Below are positions 15,027 through 24,776 of a DNA stretch of 25,754 bases, in pieces. The stretch is from a virus. Lineage: Duplodnaviria > Caudoviricetes. A program made the translations under genes and the position numbers. The stretch lies in IMG/VR virus record IMGVR_UViG_3300014656_000116, positions 1 through 25,754 of that record; one strand, 5' to 3'. Position 1 is the stretch's first letter, and the number at the start of each line of letters is the position of its first letter. The notes under the pieces are model-generated. The model had not been told where the DNA came from, searched no databases, and saw only the letters and a program-made list of their open reading frames with translations.

Positions 15027-16136
15027 TTAGCGTCCGTCATGCAGACGAGCGGCCAGGTCTTTGTCCAGCGTCTTGAAGCCGCAAAGCTGGTCAATGGAAA
15101 TCGTGTTCTTTTTGGTGAGAGTGCTGTAGTCGAACACGACCCGGCAGGATATGCCCTTGTAGTTCAGTACCGCAGCCTGAGCTCCACCCAAAGGCGGAGA
15201 CAGAGGTGCAGTAACAAAGGCAAAGGCGTTCTTGTGGAAGGCCAGACTTTCACGACCAGTACCATAAAACGTGATGACTTCGTTATCGCTGACTGCCCCC
15301 AGCCGTTTGCTGGTAACTATAGTTCCAGCATTGGAGGCCCAGGTCCCGCCTACTGCCACGCACCATTCGTCATCACCAATCTTGATGATGTCGCCGGCTG
15401 CCGCTGTCCCTGCTGCCGTTACATGGTTATCGAAGATAAGGGTGGTACCAGCAACAGCAAAGGTTGAGCCGTTGACCAGGGCGGTGCCAGCATTGGTCGA
15501 TGTGGCCGTATGCTTCGGGATATTCTGGTCCATGTAGCAGTCGAAGCCCAGGGTATGCCCCATCTCGGCGGCTCTCAGTGCTTTGCCTCCGTCAGCCCGT
15601 TTATCGGCGTGCAGGAAGGCATCCAGCGACTGGTAAGCCGCTTTGGTTATGGGATGCAGGACAAGCCTGCGGTCGGTCAACGGCACCTTCTGCACATCGA
15701 GCACGGAACCTATGCCGGTAATGTCGCCGATGACCGGCGTGGAACTTACCGGATAGTTGCCACTGATGTTGGCATAGAGTGCGGCTATGGACGAGTCAAC
15801 CGACTGAGCATGTGCCCTCATCGCTGGTTGAATGAATTGCTCGGAGAAGTCCACAATGTCGTGCGATAGTTCCTGCGAGGTGACCTCGAAGGACACATCA
15901 AACAGGGTATCGAGAGCTACCGAGACTGTGGCCTCGCTTGCGCTCTGGATAGCGATAGTAGCCGCCCAGGCCGAAGCGGTGAAGCTGGTGGGCTTGCGTA
16001 TCTGGATGGTGGCACCTACGTTCTGGAACTCTTTGGAGTAGGCCCGGTGAACCAGGTTGCCCAGTACCATGTTGTTTTCCAGCGCAATGAGAGCCTCTTT
16101 TGCGACAATGGTTGGTGTCAAAAGAGTATTTGTCAA
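15027..16136 (-). CDS. Major capsid protein, P22 coat protein (gp5) family
   Basis: N-terminus NTLLTPTIVAKEAL..LENNMV..NLVHR.Y..EF..VGATIQIRKP; C-terminal LAFHKNAFAFV..PL, ISCRVV.DY...K...ISID.L.G.K.LD. TTG start after GAGG. Confidence 0.9.
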   Translation of the reverse strand: MTNTLLTPTIVAKEALIALENNMVLGNLVHRAYSKEFQNVGATIQIRKPTSFTASAWAATIAIQSASEATVSVALDTLFDVSFEVTSQELSHDIVDFSEQFIQPAMRAHAQSVDSSIAALYANISGNYPVSSTPVIGDITGIGSVLDVQKVPLTDRRLVLHPITKAAYQSLDAFLHADKRADGGKALRAAEMGHTLGFDCYMDQNIPKHTATSTNAGTALVNGSTFAVAGTTLIFDNHVTAAGTAAAGDIIKIGDDEWCVAVGGTWASNAGTIVTSKRLGAVSDNEVITFYGTGRESLAFHKNAFAFVTAPLSPPLGGAQAAVLNYKGISCRVVFDYSTLTKKNTISIDQLCGFKTLDKDLAARLHDGR

Positions 16137-16186
16137 GTTTTACCTCGTTTATTTAATTGTTTTCGGGCAAAAGCCCTAATCGACCT

Positions 16187-16939
16187 TTACTTGTAGCGAC
16201 GCTCTGCCCATTTTGCGTATTGCTCCGGTGTCCATTTTTCCATCTGTTCAGGAGTCGGGTGTTCGGGCAACCCGCCACTACCGGATGATGCACCCGAGTC
16301 GAATTTCGGCTTTTCTCCCTTTGACGGGGTTTCCTTACTCTGCGGTTGTTTGCCACTGATAGCATTGGCGACCTGATACCTGAGTGCCTTGACTTCCATT
16401 TCATCCTCGGTGTTGCAGTCACTTAACTCCTTTATCGGCACGCCTGTTTCATCATGCAAGGCTTTGGCTTTCGCTTCCAGTCCGACAGTATGAACAAGCA
16501 TTTCCGCTTTATAGAGCTTTGCCTCAGCATCCTTCTCCCGCCTGGCTGCCTCTCTCTCCCTCTTTGCCAATGTTACCCTGTCGCTGTAACTCTTTTTTAC
16601 ATCAGGATCGTCTACGGCTTGGAGAGCTTGCTGATGCTCCCTTCGAGTATCCTCAAGCTCAGCCAGCAAGTCATCAATGCGCCCGCTGGTCGTGCTTTTC
16701 AGGTCCTCGATTTCCGCACTTTTGGCAGTTATATCTTTGTCCCGCTTTGAAAGTAGCCTATTAAGTGATTCAAGCCCCTTTCCGAGAGCCTTGTCTAGTT
16801 CATGCCGAAACTCTGTCTCTGTATAGGTTTTCCCTACAGTGGGTTCACCTTCCGGCCCAGTGGGTTCCGCCCCCTCGCCTGATGGAGTTGGCTCATCCCC
16901 CTCAGCCTGTGGGTCTTTTGCCCCCTCTAGTTCTTCCAT
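16187..16939 (-). CDS. Capsid scaffolding protein
   Basis: Acidic disordered N-terminus, KTYTETE, coiled coil, C-terminal MEKWTPEQYAKW; directly upstream of the coat gene. ATG 16939 follows AAAGGAGGTG. Confidence 0.75.
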   Translation of the reverse strand: MEELEGAKDPQAEGDEPTPSGEGAEPTGPEGEPTVGKTYTETEFRHELDKALGKGLESLNRLLSKRDKDITAKSAEIEDLKSTTSGRIDDLLAELEDTRREHQQALQAVDDPDVKKSYSDRVTLAKREREAARREKDAEAKLYKAEMLVHTVGLEAKAKALHDETGVPIKELSDCNTEDEMEVKALRYQVANAISGKQPQSKETPSKGEKPKFDSGASSGSGGLPEHPTPEQMEKWTPEQYAKWAERRYK

Positions 16940-16963
16940 ATTGAAGTACACCTCCTTTAATTA

Positions 16964-16978
16964 CTATTATAGCACAGG
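16964..16978 (-). promoter_or_regulatory. Extended -10 promoter for scaffold and coat
   Basis: Minus strand CCTGTGCTATAATAG (TATAAT at 16966-16971); 14 of 15 bases identical to the element at 12042-12056. Confidence 0.7.
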
Positions 16979-16983
16979 CCCCT

Positions 16984-19900
16984 TTATCTCTGCGCGGGCT
17001 CGAACTTGCGTTCTAGCATCTTCTGGAATGGGTTTAATGTTGAAGGCTGACCTGACCTCGCTGGTTGAGTAACTTCCCTGTAATCATCCCACCATGTTTC
17101 ATCTTCAATACCAGGGGCCCTCTGGAGTTCTATCTGGCGAGCCGCTGGCGGGAGATTCTTAATCCACTCATCCTGCCGGTCCTTGATATACTGTTTTGTT
17201 TTTGCAGGGTATTTATTGAGATAGCTTTCGATTTCCAACTCAATAGCATCCCAGTCCAATGGCAGTTCGGCCTTCTCAATCAGGGTAGCTCTATATTCCT
17301 GATAGTCGTCGTAGGCTTTATCTTCCGGCCTAGTATTCTCCGCATACCATTTCTCGTACTGCTTCATTTCGTATGGTTTCAGTGTTTCCCTCAAAGACCA
17401 TAGAGCGGATTTACCGCCCGAAGTGTAAGGTCGGATATAAGAGCGGTTTTTGTCGTAATCATACTTCGACATTTGTCCACTCAATAGTTTTTGAGCAGCA
17501 TCATTCAATGATTTGTGCATCGCATCTTCAAGTTTCTGCTGCTCAATATCAAGCGCAATACCTATCTGGTCACCTCTTTCAGACCAGTATTTTTCATTAT
17601 CAGCCTTCGCTTCGGCAAGGTCGGTGTATTTCCGCTCCAACTTTGAACGCTCCAGTTTGTTCAATTCCTCGGCCTTTTTGCCGTAATCTTTAGCTGCATA
17701 GCGGTCATAGAGCCTGTTAAGAGCATCGGAGGTTGTCTCCGGATAGGCCCTACCGCCAAAGAACTCACCGGCTCCCCTGATAAGGCGTTGGCTAAGGCTG
17801 CCCCCTTCATAAATAACATTCTCCACCCATATAGGGAGAAATTGCTTGACTAGGACTTCCTCAGTGAAGTTCATAGCGTCCTGTCTTACAGGGTCTCCGA
17901 TATAGTTTCTGCCTGTTAAAATATCAATCGTACTTCCAAGAACCGGAGCCAGGTTGCCCCTGATAAATCTAAGAACAGGATTCTCCATGCCTGATTGCCA
18001 GAGCGCTTCGGGGTTATCTATTGACTGAGCGACAAGTTTAACAACACTCCGGACCTTTGAACCTGGCCCTATATTTTGCCCGGCGACATTCCATGTGAAA
18101 AACTTTGGCGAAAGCGGGTCGAAATGCTCTTTAATTTCATCCCAATCCTCTCCACGTGCCCATGATATCGCCAAAGCTACTGCCGAAATAGCAGCAATCC
18201 CCTTGGTCAAACCCTGTATGGCGAGCCTATTCCTTATCCCTGACTGCCCGAATGACGCAGCGCCTTTCCCAGCATCGACTAACAATGCGGCAATAGCCCT
18301 GTTATAACGAGGGGCAAGCAATGTAGCTGTCTCTGCCATCCTCCAATTCGGACTAACTCCAAGTTTGGCGCTGGAAGTCAACCCACGAAACTCATTGATA
18401 AACTGGTCTACCTCCGCCACTTCCGCAGGGGTCTTTGCCAGATGCTCAAGTGCCTCTGCCATCTTTATCCCGGCATAGTCCAGCGTGCCTTCAAACACCC
18501 TCTGAAATGGCTGAAGGACTATAGCCCCTGCTTTGCCGACAGCCCTGGGTGCAATCAAACCTAATTTTTTGAGCATGGCCTCCTGTTTCGGCCAGACGTT
18601 TATCCGTGTAGAAAGCATACCGCCCTTTGCCATTGCCTCGGTAAACTCTGTCCCAGCTGTTGACAGAAGCAACCCGGGGTGTCTATCTATAACGGGCTTA
18701 TGCTCCGACAGAAACCTGTCTTGCCATTCCGGGTCAAGCAGTATTTTAGGTATTGCGGCGGCTGCACCTCCATATATTCTCGGATTGCTACCGGCAAGGA
18801 ATATCAACTGGATTGCCATAGGGCTAAAGTCTCCAGCCAGTTTGAAATACCTGACTACGGCATTGACTTTATTAACTGATGTTAGTGCTTCGGACATCCC
18901 AGGGTCGAGGGCTTGCCTTAATGTGTCAGACAGTTCCTTCGCTTCCGGCCCGGTGAATATCTTGCCAGAGAAAGCCGGGTGCATGACCATTGCTTCCCCC
19001 ATCTTGGGAGCCATGGCCGCCTCCCTTGCCCTGGCCCTGGCATTTATCGCTGCCCATTTATCCGCGTTATCAGATTTTACCAGTGCCTTTGCTCTTTTAG
19101 TGAGAGATTGAACATCCTTGGCCGTGGGCTTACCGGTTTGTATCTGAGGTATCAGGTTTTTCAGTTCGGCCGCCTCATCGGGATATGTTCTGGCAATAGA
19201 GTTCAAGGTCGCATCTGGCACTCTTTCACCCCTGACCGCCCTGTTTATTGCCGCCACCAACTGCCTGCTACTGTTCGCCCTCATTTTGGCAGACTCGGCA
19301 GCCAGCACAAGCTCTTCCGGTGCGCCATTGGTTCTCCAGGGTACTTGCGTCAACAGCCATTCGGAAGCCTTTTTATCAGTCACCCTGTTATATGCAGCCC
19401 TGACATTAAGAGCCAAAGCATCTTCGTCTGGTATATATCTGTATCCATCATCAATAGCTTCTTTGGCGGTAGCATAAGACCTCGGTTTTTCAAAACCTGC
19501 CTTTTTGCCAACTCTAGTTGGGCCAGCACCTACATAGGTAGTATCTAAAATCTCGCCATCGCTTGATACTTTAGCAAATACACGCCTGCCTGCATATTCC
19601 CCACCCTCTTCAAAGGTTAGTTCCTTGATGTCTATATCGTTATCTCGCAGGTATTTGAGTTTCGCTTCCTCAATATCCCGTGCTCTTTGAATCCACTTCT
19701 TTTGTTCTGCCGTAAGTTTATCGGTATACCTTTTCGGGTAAGTCCTGATGTCATTTATGGATAATCCTTTGAGTTTACCCGCTCCTATAAGTCCATTATC
19801 ATCCAGTTTACCGAATACCTTGTCCTGATTGCCAAGTTCACCCAGGTATGACACAATGCCCTGTGATTTTTGCGTCCCCTCTTCCCCTAAAACCGCTCTG

Positions 19901-21675
19901 CCGATAATGAACTTTTCCGCAGGAGTATTAGCAATCGCCGCTGGATTGACACGGGACATTATCTGCCTTAATCCTGGTAAATTAGCTAACCATCGCGAGA
20001 CATTCGGCTTAGTCGAGTAGTCAATAACCGTCTGAATATCCTGCAAAGGGGCAAAGCTAATTTTACCCGAAGGCTCTACAGGTGGTGGCTCAGCAGCAAT
20101 CTTTGTTTCAGCAGGTGGAGGCGGAGGTACAGCAGGTGGCGTAATCTCAGGTTCTTTGACAAGGCTTTCAAGGATGCCTGCCTCTGGTTCTGATTTAGCA
20201 AAAGCTATATCTGCTTCCAGTTTCTTTATCTGCTGTTTAGTCGTCCATGCCTTCTCAATAGCTTCCTTAAAGGTGTCACCATCAGCATAACCGAGTTCTG
20301 TGGCTTTTTCATCAAGAGCATATTCCCACGGGATGACTTCCCGCTCCTCCGTATAGGTTCTAGCTGGATGATATTTACCATTCTTATCGGTATAGGCTTT
20401 GGTTTTCTTGGTGGACGTTCTTGTAACGATAACCGATGGTTGAGGCTCCTTGTTATTTAAGGCAATGTAATTTGAGCGAGACACTGTGTTGACTTCCCCT
20501 TTTGGAGCAAGGTATAGATATTGAGATGCTGGTTCAGTCTCTATGTATGCTTTCAATCCTTCAAGTTCAGACCGCATCTCATAAACTTCAGGCGTTTCTG
20601 GCAATGCGACTTGCCCCTCAAGCGGTTTGGCTGCCTGTGCCCGCTTCAAGGCTTCGATGTCAACAAGTCCTGGCTTGGCTCCCCCCATGCCTGGGGCAGT
20701 TCCAAATTCCTCAAAGGCTTTCATTTGTGCTGGTCTTTCCATGCCAGGAAGCCCCGTCTGCACACTGATAGGTGTCTCCACCCCTTCAGGCGGTGTTACA
20801 CCTGCTACGGGGGCTGTGGGAGGCATTTCAGGGACTTTCCCCAGTTCCATCCTGCCTGCCTGTACTGCCTGGACTAAGGGGGCGACATAATCAGGTTGGT
20901 ACTTCCCCGCCTGAATACCAGCAATAACCTCAGTGGTTCTAGTGCGACTAAATTCCGGAAGCCATCGGTCGACCAATGCACTGGTATATTGTTGAGCTTT
21001 AGTCGCTGCCTCTTGAGTGGGTATGAGCTTACCGCCCTGTGAAGGCTTGAAAAGTTCCTTGACTGCCCTTGCTGAGTTGAGCCACGAAGGTTTAGATGAC
21101 CTTGCTATCCAATCGGCAACAGCACTACGCAAACTTGGGTTTATAGGGGTATTAGTTTTCATAGACCAAGCATTGATGTTACGGGTAGTAGCTACCCTCA
21201 TTAACCCTTGATATGCCAGCGGGAGACTGGCTACAGCCGCCCCACCTGTTGCTACTGCCATTCCGAATAATCCGGCCCATTCCCCAGCAGATAGAGTAAT
21301 AGGCCCCACAGTAATAGGTGTCTGAGCCGCCGCAATCGGGTATTTCTGTATCTTTTGATATAGGGATTCTTTGGTTGGCTGCACTTCCCTCAGAAACACA
21401 TCAGGGTCAAGCCCGAGTGCTTCGTATGCCTCACGGGACAGATAGCGGGTAGTTATCCCGGGCCCTGTTTCTCTTTCTGGAACACGAGGCGGCGCCATTC
21501 CCGCTGTAACCTTGGCACTTGCGCCCATATCAGCAGGCTGCTCAACCTGCTGCCCAGCCATGCGGAGCAATTCATCAAGGGCTGCCGGGCGGCCACGGGG
21601 AGTAGCAGGAGTAACTTTTGTCTGTGCTCTTTCCCAAGGAAGTAAGGGGCGTTGTAGTTTCAATCCGTCAGGCAT
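16984..21675 (-). CDS. Large internal virion/DNA ejection protein, 1563 aa (putative)
   Basis: Very long, helical, Ala-rich ORF with Pro-rich linkers and C-terminal DPLSPKF...LAPV...DILTGRNYIG.PV. The likely start MPDGLK lies 2 nt after the upstream stop. Confidence 0.6.
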   Translation of the reverse strand: MPDGLKLQRPLLPWERAQTKVTPATPRGRPAALDELLRMAGQQVEQPADMGASAKVTAGMAPPRVPERETGPGITTRYLSREAYEALGLDPDVFLREVQPTKESLYQKIQKYPIAAAQTPITVGPITLSAGEWAGLFGMAVATGGAAVASLPLAYQGLMRVATTRNINAWSMKTNTPINPSLRSAVADWIARSSKPSWLNSARAVKELFKPSQGGKLIPTQEAATKAQQYTSALVDRWLPEFSRTRTTEVIAGIQAGKYQPDYVAPLVQAVQAGRMELGKVPEMPPTAPVAGVTPPEGVETPISVQTGLPGMERPAQMKAFEEFGTAPGMGGAKPGLVDIEALKRAQAAKPLEGQVALPETPEVYEMRSELEGLKAYIETEPASQYLYLAPKGEVNTVSRSNYIALNNKEPQPSVIVTRTSTKKTKAYTDKNGKYHPARTYTEEREVIPWEYALDEKATELGYADGDTFKEAIEKAWTTKQQIKKLEADIAFAKSEPEAGILESLVKEPEITPPAVPPPPPAETKIAAEPPPVEPSGKISFAPLQDIQTVIDYSTKPNVSRWLANLPGLRQIMSRVNPAAIANTPAEKFIIGRAVLGEEGTQKSQGIVSYLGELGNQDKVFGKLDDNGLIGAGKLKGLSINDIRTYPKRYTDKLTAEQKKWIQRARDIEEAKLKYLRDNDIDIKELTFEEGGEYAGRRVFAKVSSDGEILDTTYVGAGPTRVGKKAGFEKPRSYATAKEAIDDGYRYIPDEDALALNVRAAYNRVTDKKASEWLLTQVPWRTNGAPEELVLAAESAKMRANSSRQLVAAINRAVRGERVPDATLNSIARTYPDEAAELKNLIPQIQTGKPTAKDVQSLTKRAKALVKSDNADKWAAINARARAREAAMAPKMGEAMVMHPAFSGKIFTGPEAKELSDTLRQALDPGMSEALTSVNKVNAVVRYFKLAGDFSPMAIQLIFLAGSNPRIYGGAAAAIPKILLDPEWQDRFLSEHKPVIDRHPGLLLSTAGTEFTEAMAKGGMLSTRINVWPKQEAMLKKLGLIAPRAVGKAGAIVLQPFQRVFEGTLDYAGIKMAEALEHLAKTPAEVAEVDQFINEFRGLTSSAKLGVSPNWRMAETATLLAPRYNRAIAALLVDAGKGAASFGQSGIRNRLAIQGLTKGIAAISAVALAISWARGEDWDEIKEHFDPLSPKFFTWNVAGQNIGPGSKVRSVVKLVAQSIDNPEALWQSGMENPVLRFIRGNLAPVLGSTIDILTGRNYIGDPVRQDAMNFTEEVLVKQFLPIWVENVIYEGGSLSQRLIRGAGEFFGGRAYPETTSDALNRLYDRYAAKDYGKKAEELNKLERSKLERKYTDLAEAKADNEKYWSERGDQIGIALDIEQQKLEDAMHKSLNDAAQKLLSGQMSKYDYDKNRSYIRPYTSGGKSALWSLRETLKPYEMKQYEKWYAENTRPEDKAYDDYQEYRATLIEKAELPLDWDAIELEIESYLNKYPAKTKQYIKDRQDEWIKNLPPAARQIELQRAPGIEDETWWDDYREVTQPARSGQPSTLNPFQKMLERKFEPAQR

Positions 21676-21677
21676 GG

Positions 21678-22799
21678 TTAAAATCCCACCGTTTTTATCT
21701 TCGGCTGATAGGCGCTGGGCCTCTCCCCTCTCCTGTAAGGCGATTGTTTGGCGAACTCGGTTCTCAGTTTTTCTCTCTCTTTTTCCAGGAATGCGGCCCA
21801 TGTTTCCTCAGTCCGTTGCTCAATGGGCTTTTCTCCAAATTCCCAGGCAATCGAGGGATAAGTTTGAGCAAACCAGGACTTCCATAACGGCGGCCCACTA
21901 ACCTCCGGTTCAATTTCCTTATAGCCTGGCGGCTCATAGGGTTCCGGCCTCGACCTTGTTGCCGCTCCCTGGGCATATTCCATGCCCACCCAGGCCAGGT
22001 CGCCTTTTTCCTCCAGTGATAGCCCGGCAAACTCAGGGGCTTCGGGGTTTGCCTGGTATCTCATGCCGGTCTGGAGTGCTGCCTGTGGAGACATATCGTA
22101 TCGTGCGGCAAACTCCCTGGTCATCGTACCGTAATCTATCTCAGGAGCGGGCTCTTCGATAAGTCCTGCTACCTGCGCTCTTTCCCCAGCCCTGGATTTC
22201 TCTGTCTGCCATAGCTGGTTTACATCACGCTGTAATGTTGCAATCTGCCCTCTAATTGTATCCTGCAAGTAGTCGGGAGCATAAGTGAGTTGGCCTTGTA
22301 AGTTGCGAATAGCAGTTCGACCGGCAGCAATTTGCTGGGTAATATTGCCACCAGCTCCTAATGGGAGTTGCGCAGCCTGTCTTACTTTCGCTTCCTGCTC
22401 TTGCCGCCTTTGTTCGGCCAATCTTGCAGGTTCAGTCGCTATCTGTTCTGTATACCTTTCGACATCGCTACGGATTGTAGAAGGCAAGTCCATTGTGGTC
22501 TGCCTCTTACCCGCATATTTCCCGCTCCCGCTCAATCTACCGGCCATATCGCTCAGGATAACATTAGCTTCTGATTCGCTGATAAGTCCCGAGTTATATT
22601 GCTGCTCCAAATATGAGAATAGCCTGTCCATCCAGGCGCTTGCCGCTTGTTCCTCAGCGGCAGCAGGCATGCCGGAGTCTATCCAGTCATAAAGGCTTTG
22701 CCGGCCGCCCTGTGCCTGATATTCCTGCCATGCTCGTCTTTGTTCGTCAGTTACATCTCTGCCTATTTCCTCTACGAAGGGATCGAAAGGATATGTCAT
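21678..22799 (-). CDS. Putative internal virion/ejection protein, 373 aa
   Basis: Gln/Ala/Glu-rich helical protein coupled by TAATG to the upstream gene; function inferred from composition and context. Confidence 0.5.
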   Translation of the reverse strand: MTYPFDPFVEEIGRDVTDEQRRAWQEYQAQGGRQSLYDWIDSGMPAAAEEQAASAWMDRLFSYLEQQYNSGLISESEANVILSDMAGRLSGSGKYAGKRQTTMDLPSTIRSDVERYTEQIATEPARLAEQRRQEQEAKVRQAAQLPLGAGGNITQQIAAGRTAIRNLQGQLTYAPDYLQDTIRGQIATLQRDVNQLWQTEKSRAGERAQVAGLIEEPAPEIDYGTMTREFAARYDMSPQAALQTGMRYQANPEAPEFAGLSLEEKGDLAWVGMEYAQGAATRSRPEPYEPPGYKEIEPEVSGPPLWKSWFAQTYPSIAWEFGEKPIEQRTEETWAAFLEKEREKLRTEFAKQSPYRRGERPSAYQPKIKTVGF

Positions 22800-23065
22800 T
22801 ACATTTCCCTCCCCATTCTCAGTGAGGTATCCTGAGCAATTTGCTTACGCCTGAGATAGCCTTGAAATACACCTTGCCAGTAGTCCCTGGTGCTGAGGCC
22901 CCAGCCGGTAATTTTGCCTTTTGCGTTGGGCTGATTCGTATTAGCCTGTACTGGCCGGGGATATGAGCTATGCAAGGAGTCCCTTCGTCTTTGAAAACTG
23001 TATGGCTCTGTCTGGCGTAGAGATTGCGCTTCGGGATAGTTTCTCGGATGCTCCCAATCGTTCAT
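22799..23065 (-). CDS. Hypothetical protein, 88 aa
   Basis: ATGA overlap with the portal stop and TAATG with the next gene. Confidence 0.65.
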   Translation of the reverse strand: MNDWEHPRNYPEAQSLRQTEPYSFQRRRDSLHSSYPRPVQANTNQPNAKGKITGWGLSTRDYWQGVFQGYLRRKQIAQDTSLRMGREM

Positions 23066-24714
23066 ATGCCCCCTTGCGGCAAGGCTCGCTGCTGCGGCTG
23101 TCTCGTAGCCTCAACTCCAGATTGCTCCATCATCTCCATCTCATAAAGGTCTCGCATTACCTGCTCAGCCTCATCCTGCCGTCCTACAACCATCAGGGCT
23201 TTAATCGCCCTGACCATAGCCATTTTAGGCGAGTGCTCAGCCATCTCGATAGCCGCCATATCGCCGAGCCCTTTCGGGTCTGGAAGTTTGAGAATATATT
23301 CGTGTATAAAGCTATCGGGGAGTCCGAGTCTCTTAGCCATATCCGCTATCTGGTAAGTATCAAACTGGGTCCATGGAGTCCTGGCAGTAAACTCAACCCG
23401 GGTAATATGCGGCTTTTTCAGGTCTACCGGAGTAACTTCGACCTCAAAGTATTTCCGCTTTTCCTCATGTTTCACATCGACCTTCATATTGCCGTCAATC
23501 AGTTGTTCCTCAATCTGGCGGCATATTTCCTGATAGAAGTAACTGAGATTTTTTAGCTGCGGATTAAATACCTTATTACCCGCTTCCTGCACCAGGTTAT
23601 AAAGAGTGCCGGAGGGCGGTGGGCTTCCTACCGGAATATGAGGCAGAGATGCTCGCTCCATCTGTTCATTCAGCCAACTAAGAAGCTGGACGACAGTAGG
23701 AGCCAGTTCCTTCATAGGCGCTCCTTCAAGCTGGTTATGTCCTTTTGGTAGATTAAGCACGCCTTCCGCCAGGTAAACGGTAGTCTGAATCTGCTGGCCC
23801 TGCTCATCATAGTAGTTAAGAATGGGTTGCTTGGACAGCAGGTTGGCATGGGTAGCTGCTATGGAAGCAAAACGGTTCCGGGTCTTGTTAATTTCCCTGA
23901 GTGGAGCGAAGATGCTCTCGCCGTAGCCGCCTATTTCACTGCCGGTAGGACTAATCACTGGGGGCCTCGTAGCCACTGGGACGATAGTTACCGGGAAAGA
24001 CCTTAACTTATATTCCTTCGGCTCTTTGACAAACTGCTTATCGCAAATGACGACGTTGCTAAAACGGTTTTCATCCTCATGCTTCCAATGCTCGATAACC
24101 TCATTATCATGTTTCTTGGAGGCTTCAAACCCCCACTCGTCTTTGAGTGCATCGGCGGACCGGAAGGTCTTGTACGCTGTCCATAGCAGGCCATCTCCAC
24201 CCATTCTGTAAGTGAGCCAGCGGCAGTCGAGGGGCAAAAAGTCGAATATTATGTTTTTGCCATCTCCTTTGTAGACTAATGTTCTGGCGGCGACCCATCC
24301 CCTGACAATAGAGTGCCATATACTAGCTTCCCTTAGCGGCGGCATGAGCAAATTTCTAAGCCTTCTATCGGCCATATCGAGCGCGAAATGGAGCAGGCGT
24401 TCCAGTTTGGCTATATCGTCTCTCTTATCCTCGCCCTCTTGCTCAGCCATGCGGACAATAATCTGCATCTCGGCGTCGGAGAGTGTTGACTGTACCTGGT
24501 CGGCAAAGGTGCGAACATCGTTGGAAACAACGTCAATATCGCTTTCATGCATTTTGGTGAGGTCTTTAGTGGAAATATCATAGTTGAGCGTAGGATACGA
24601 CGTTGTTTTGAGGTTCCAAAGCTCGAAGTCCTCATCCATCCGCTGATAGAGTGGGCCGAAATCACCTTCGGCCTCTTTTACCTTTTCCGTTATCTCGAAA
24701 GCATCTTCCAGCAT
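23062..24714 (-). CDS. Portal (head-tail connector) protein, podovirus type
   Basis: 550 aa directly after the terminase; helical; FPVTIVP...YGES...LREINK segment; Gln/Met-rich tail. GAGGGG RBS. Confidence 0.8.
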   Translation of the reverse strand: MLEDAFEITEKVKEAEGDFGPLYQRMDEDFELWNLKTTSYPTLNYDISTKDLTKMHESDIDVVSNDVRTFADQVQSTLSDAEMQIIVRMAEQEGEDKRDDIAKLERLLHFALDMADRRLRNLLMPPLREASIWHSIVRGWVAARTLVYKGDGKNIIFDFLPLDCRWLTYRMGGDGLLWTAYKTFRSADALKDEWGFEASKKHDNEVIEHWKHEDENRFSNVVICDKQFVKEPKEYKLRSFPVTIVPVATRPPVISPTGSEIGGYGESIFAPLREINKTRNRFASIAATHANLLSKQPILNYYDEQGQQIQTTVYLAEGVLNLPKGHNQLEGAPMKELAPTVVQLLSWLNEQMERASLPHIPVGSPPPSGTLYNLVQEAGNKVFNPQLKNLSYFYQEICRQIEEQLIDGNMKVDVKHEEKRKYFEVEVTPVDLKKPHITRVEFTARTPWTQFDTYQIADMAKRLGLPDSFIHEYILKLPDPKGLGDMAAIEMAEHSPKMAMVRAIKALMVVGRQDEAEQVMRDLYEMEMMEQSGVEATRQPQQRALPQGGI

Positions 24715-24743
24715 AAAAATCCCCTCATTCCAGACTTCTTAGT

Positions 24744-24754
24744 CTATTATACCA
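24744..24754 (-). promoter_or_regulatory. Extended -10 promoter for the portal unit
   Basis: Minus strand TGGTATAATAG (TATAAT at 24746-24751) in the terminase-portal gap. Confidence 0.6.
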
Positions 24755-24776
24755 TTGACTGTTTTGAAGCAAGCGG

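Noticed and set aside
16165-16176. Hairpin GGGC-TTTT-GCCC between scaffold and coat
   Set aside because: The 4 bp stem has no U tract and is too weak to call a terminator.
21676-21801. ORF-track start at 21801 for the large protein (1605 aa)
   Set aside because: It overlaps the upstream gene by 124 nt; ATG 21675, 2 nt after the upstream stop, is more plausible.
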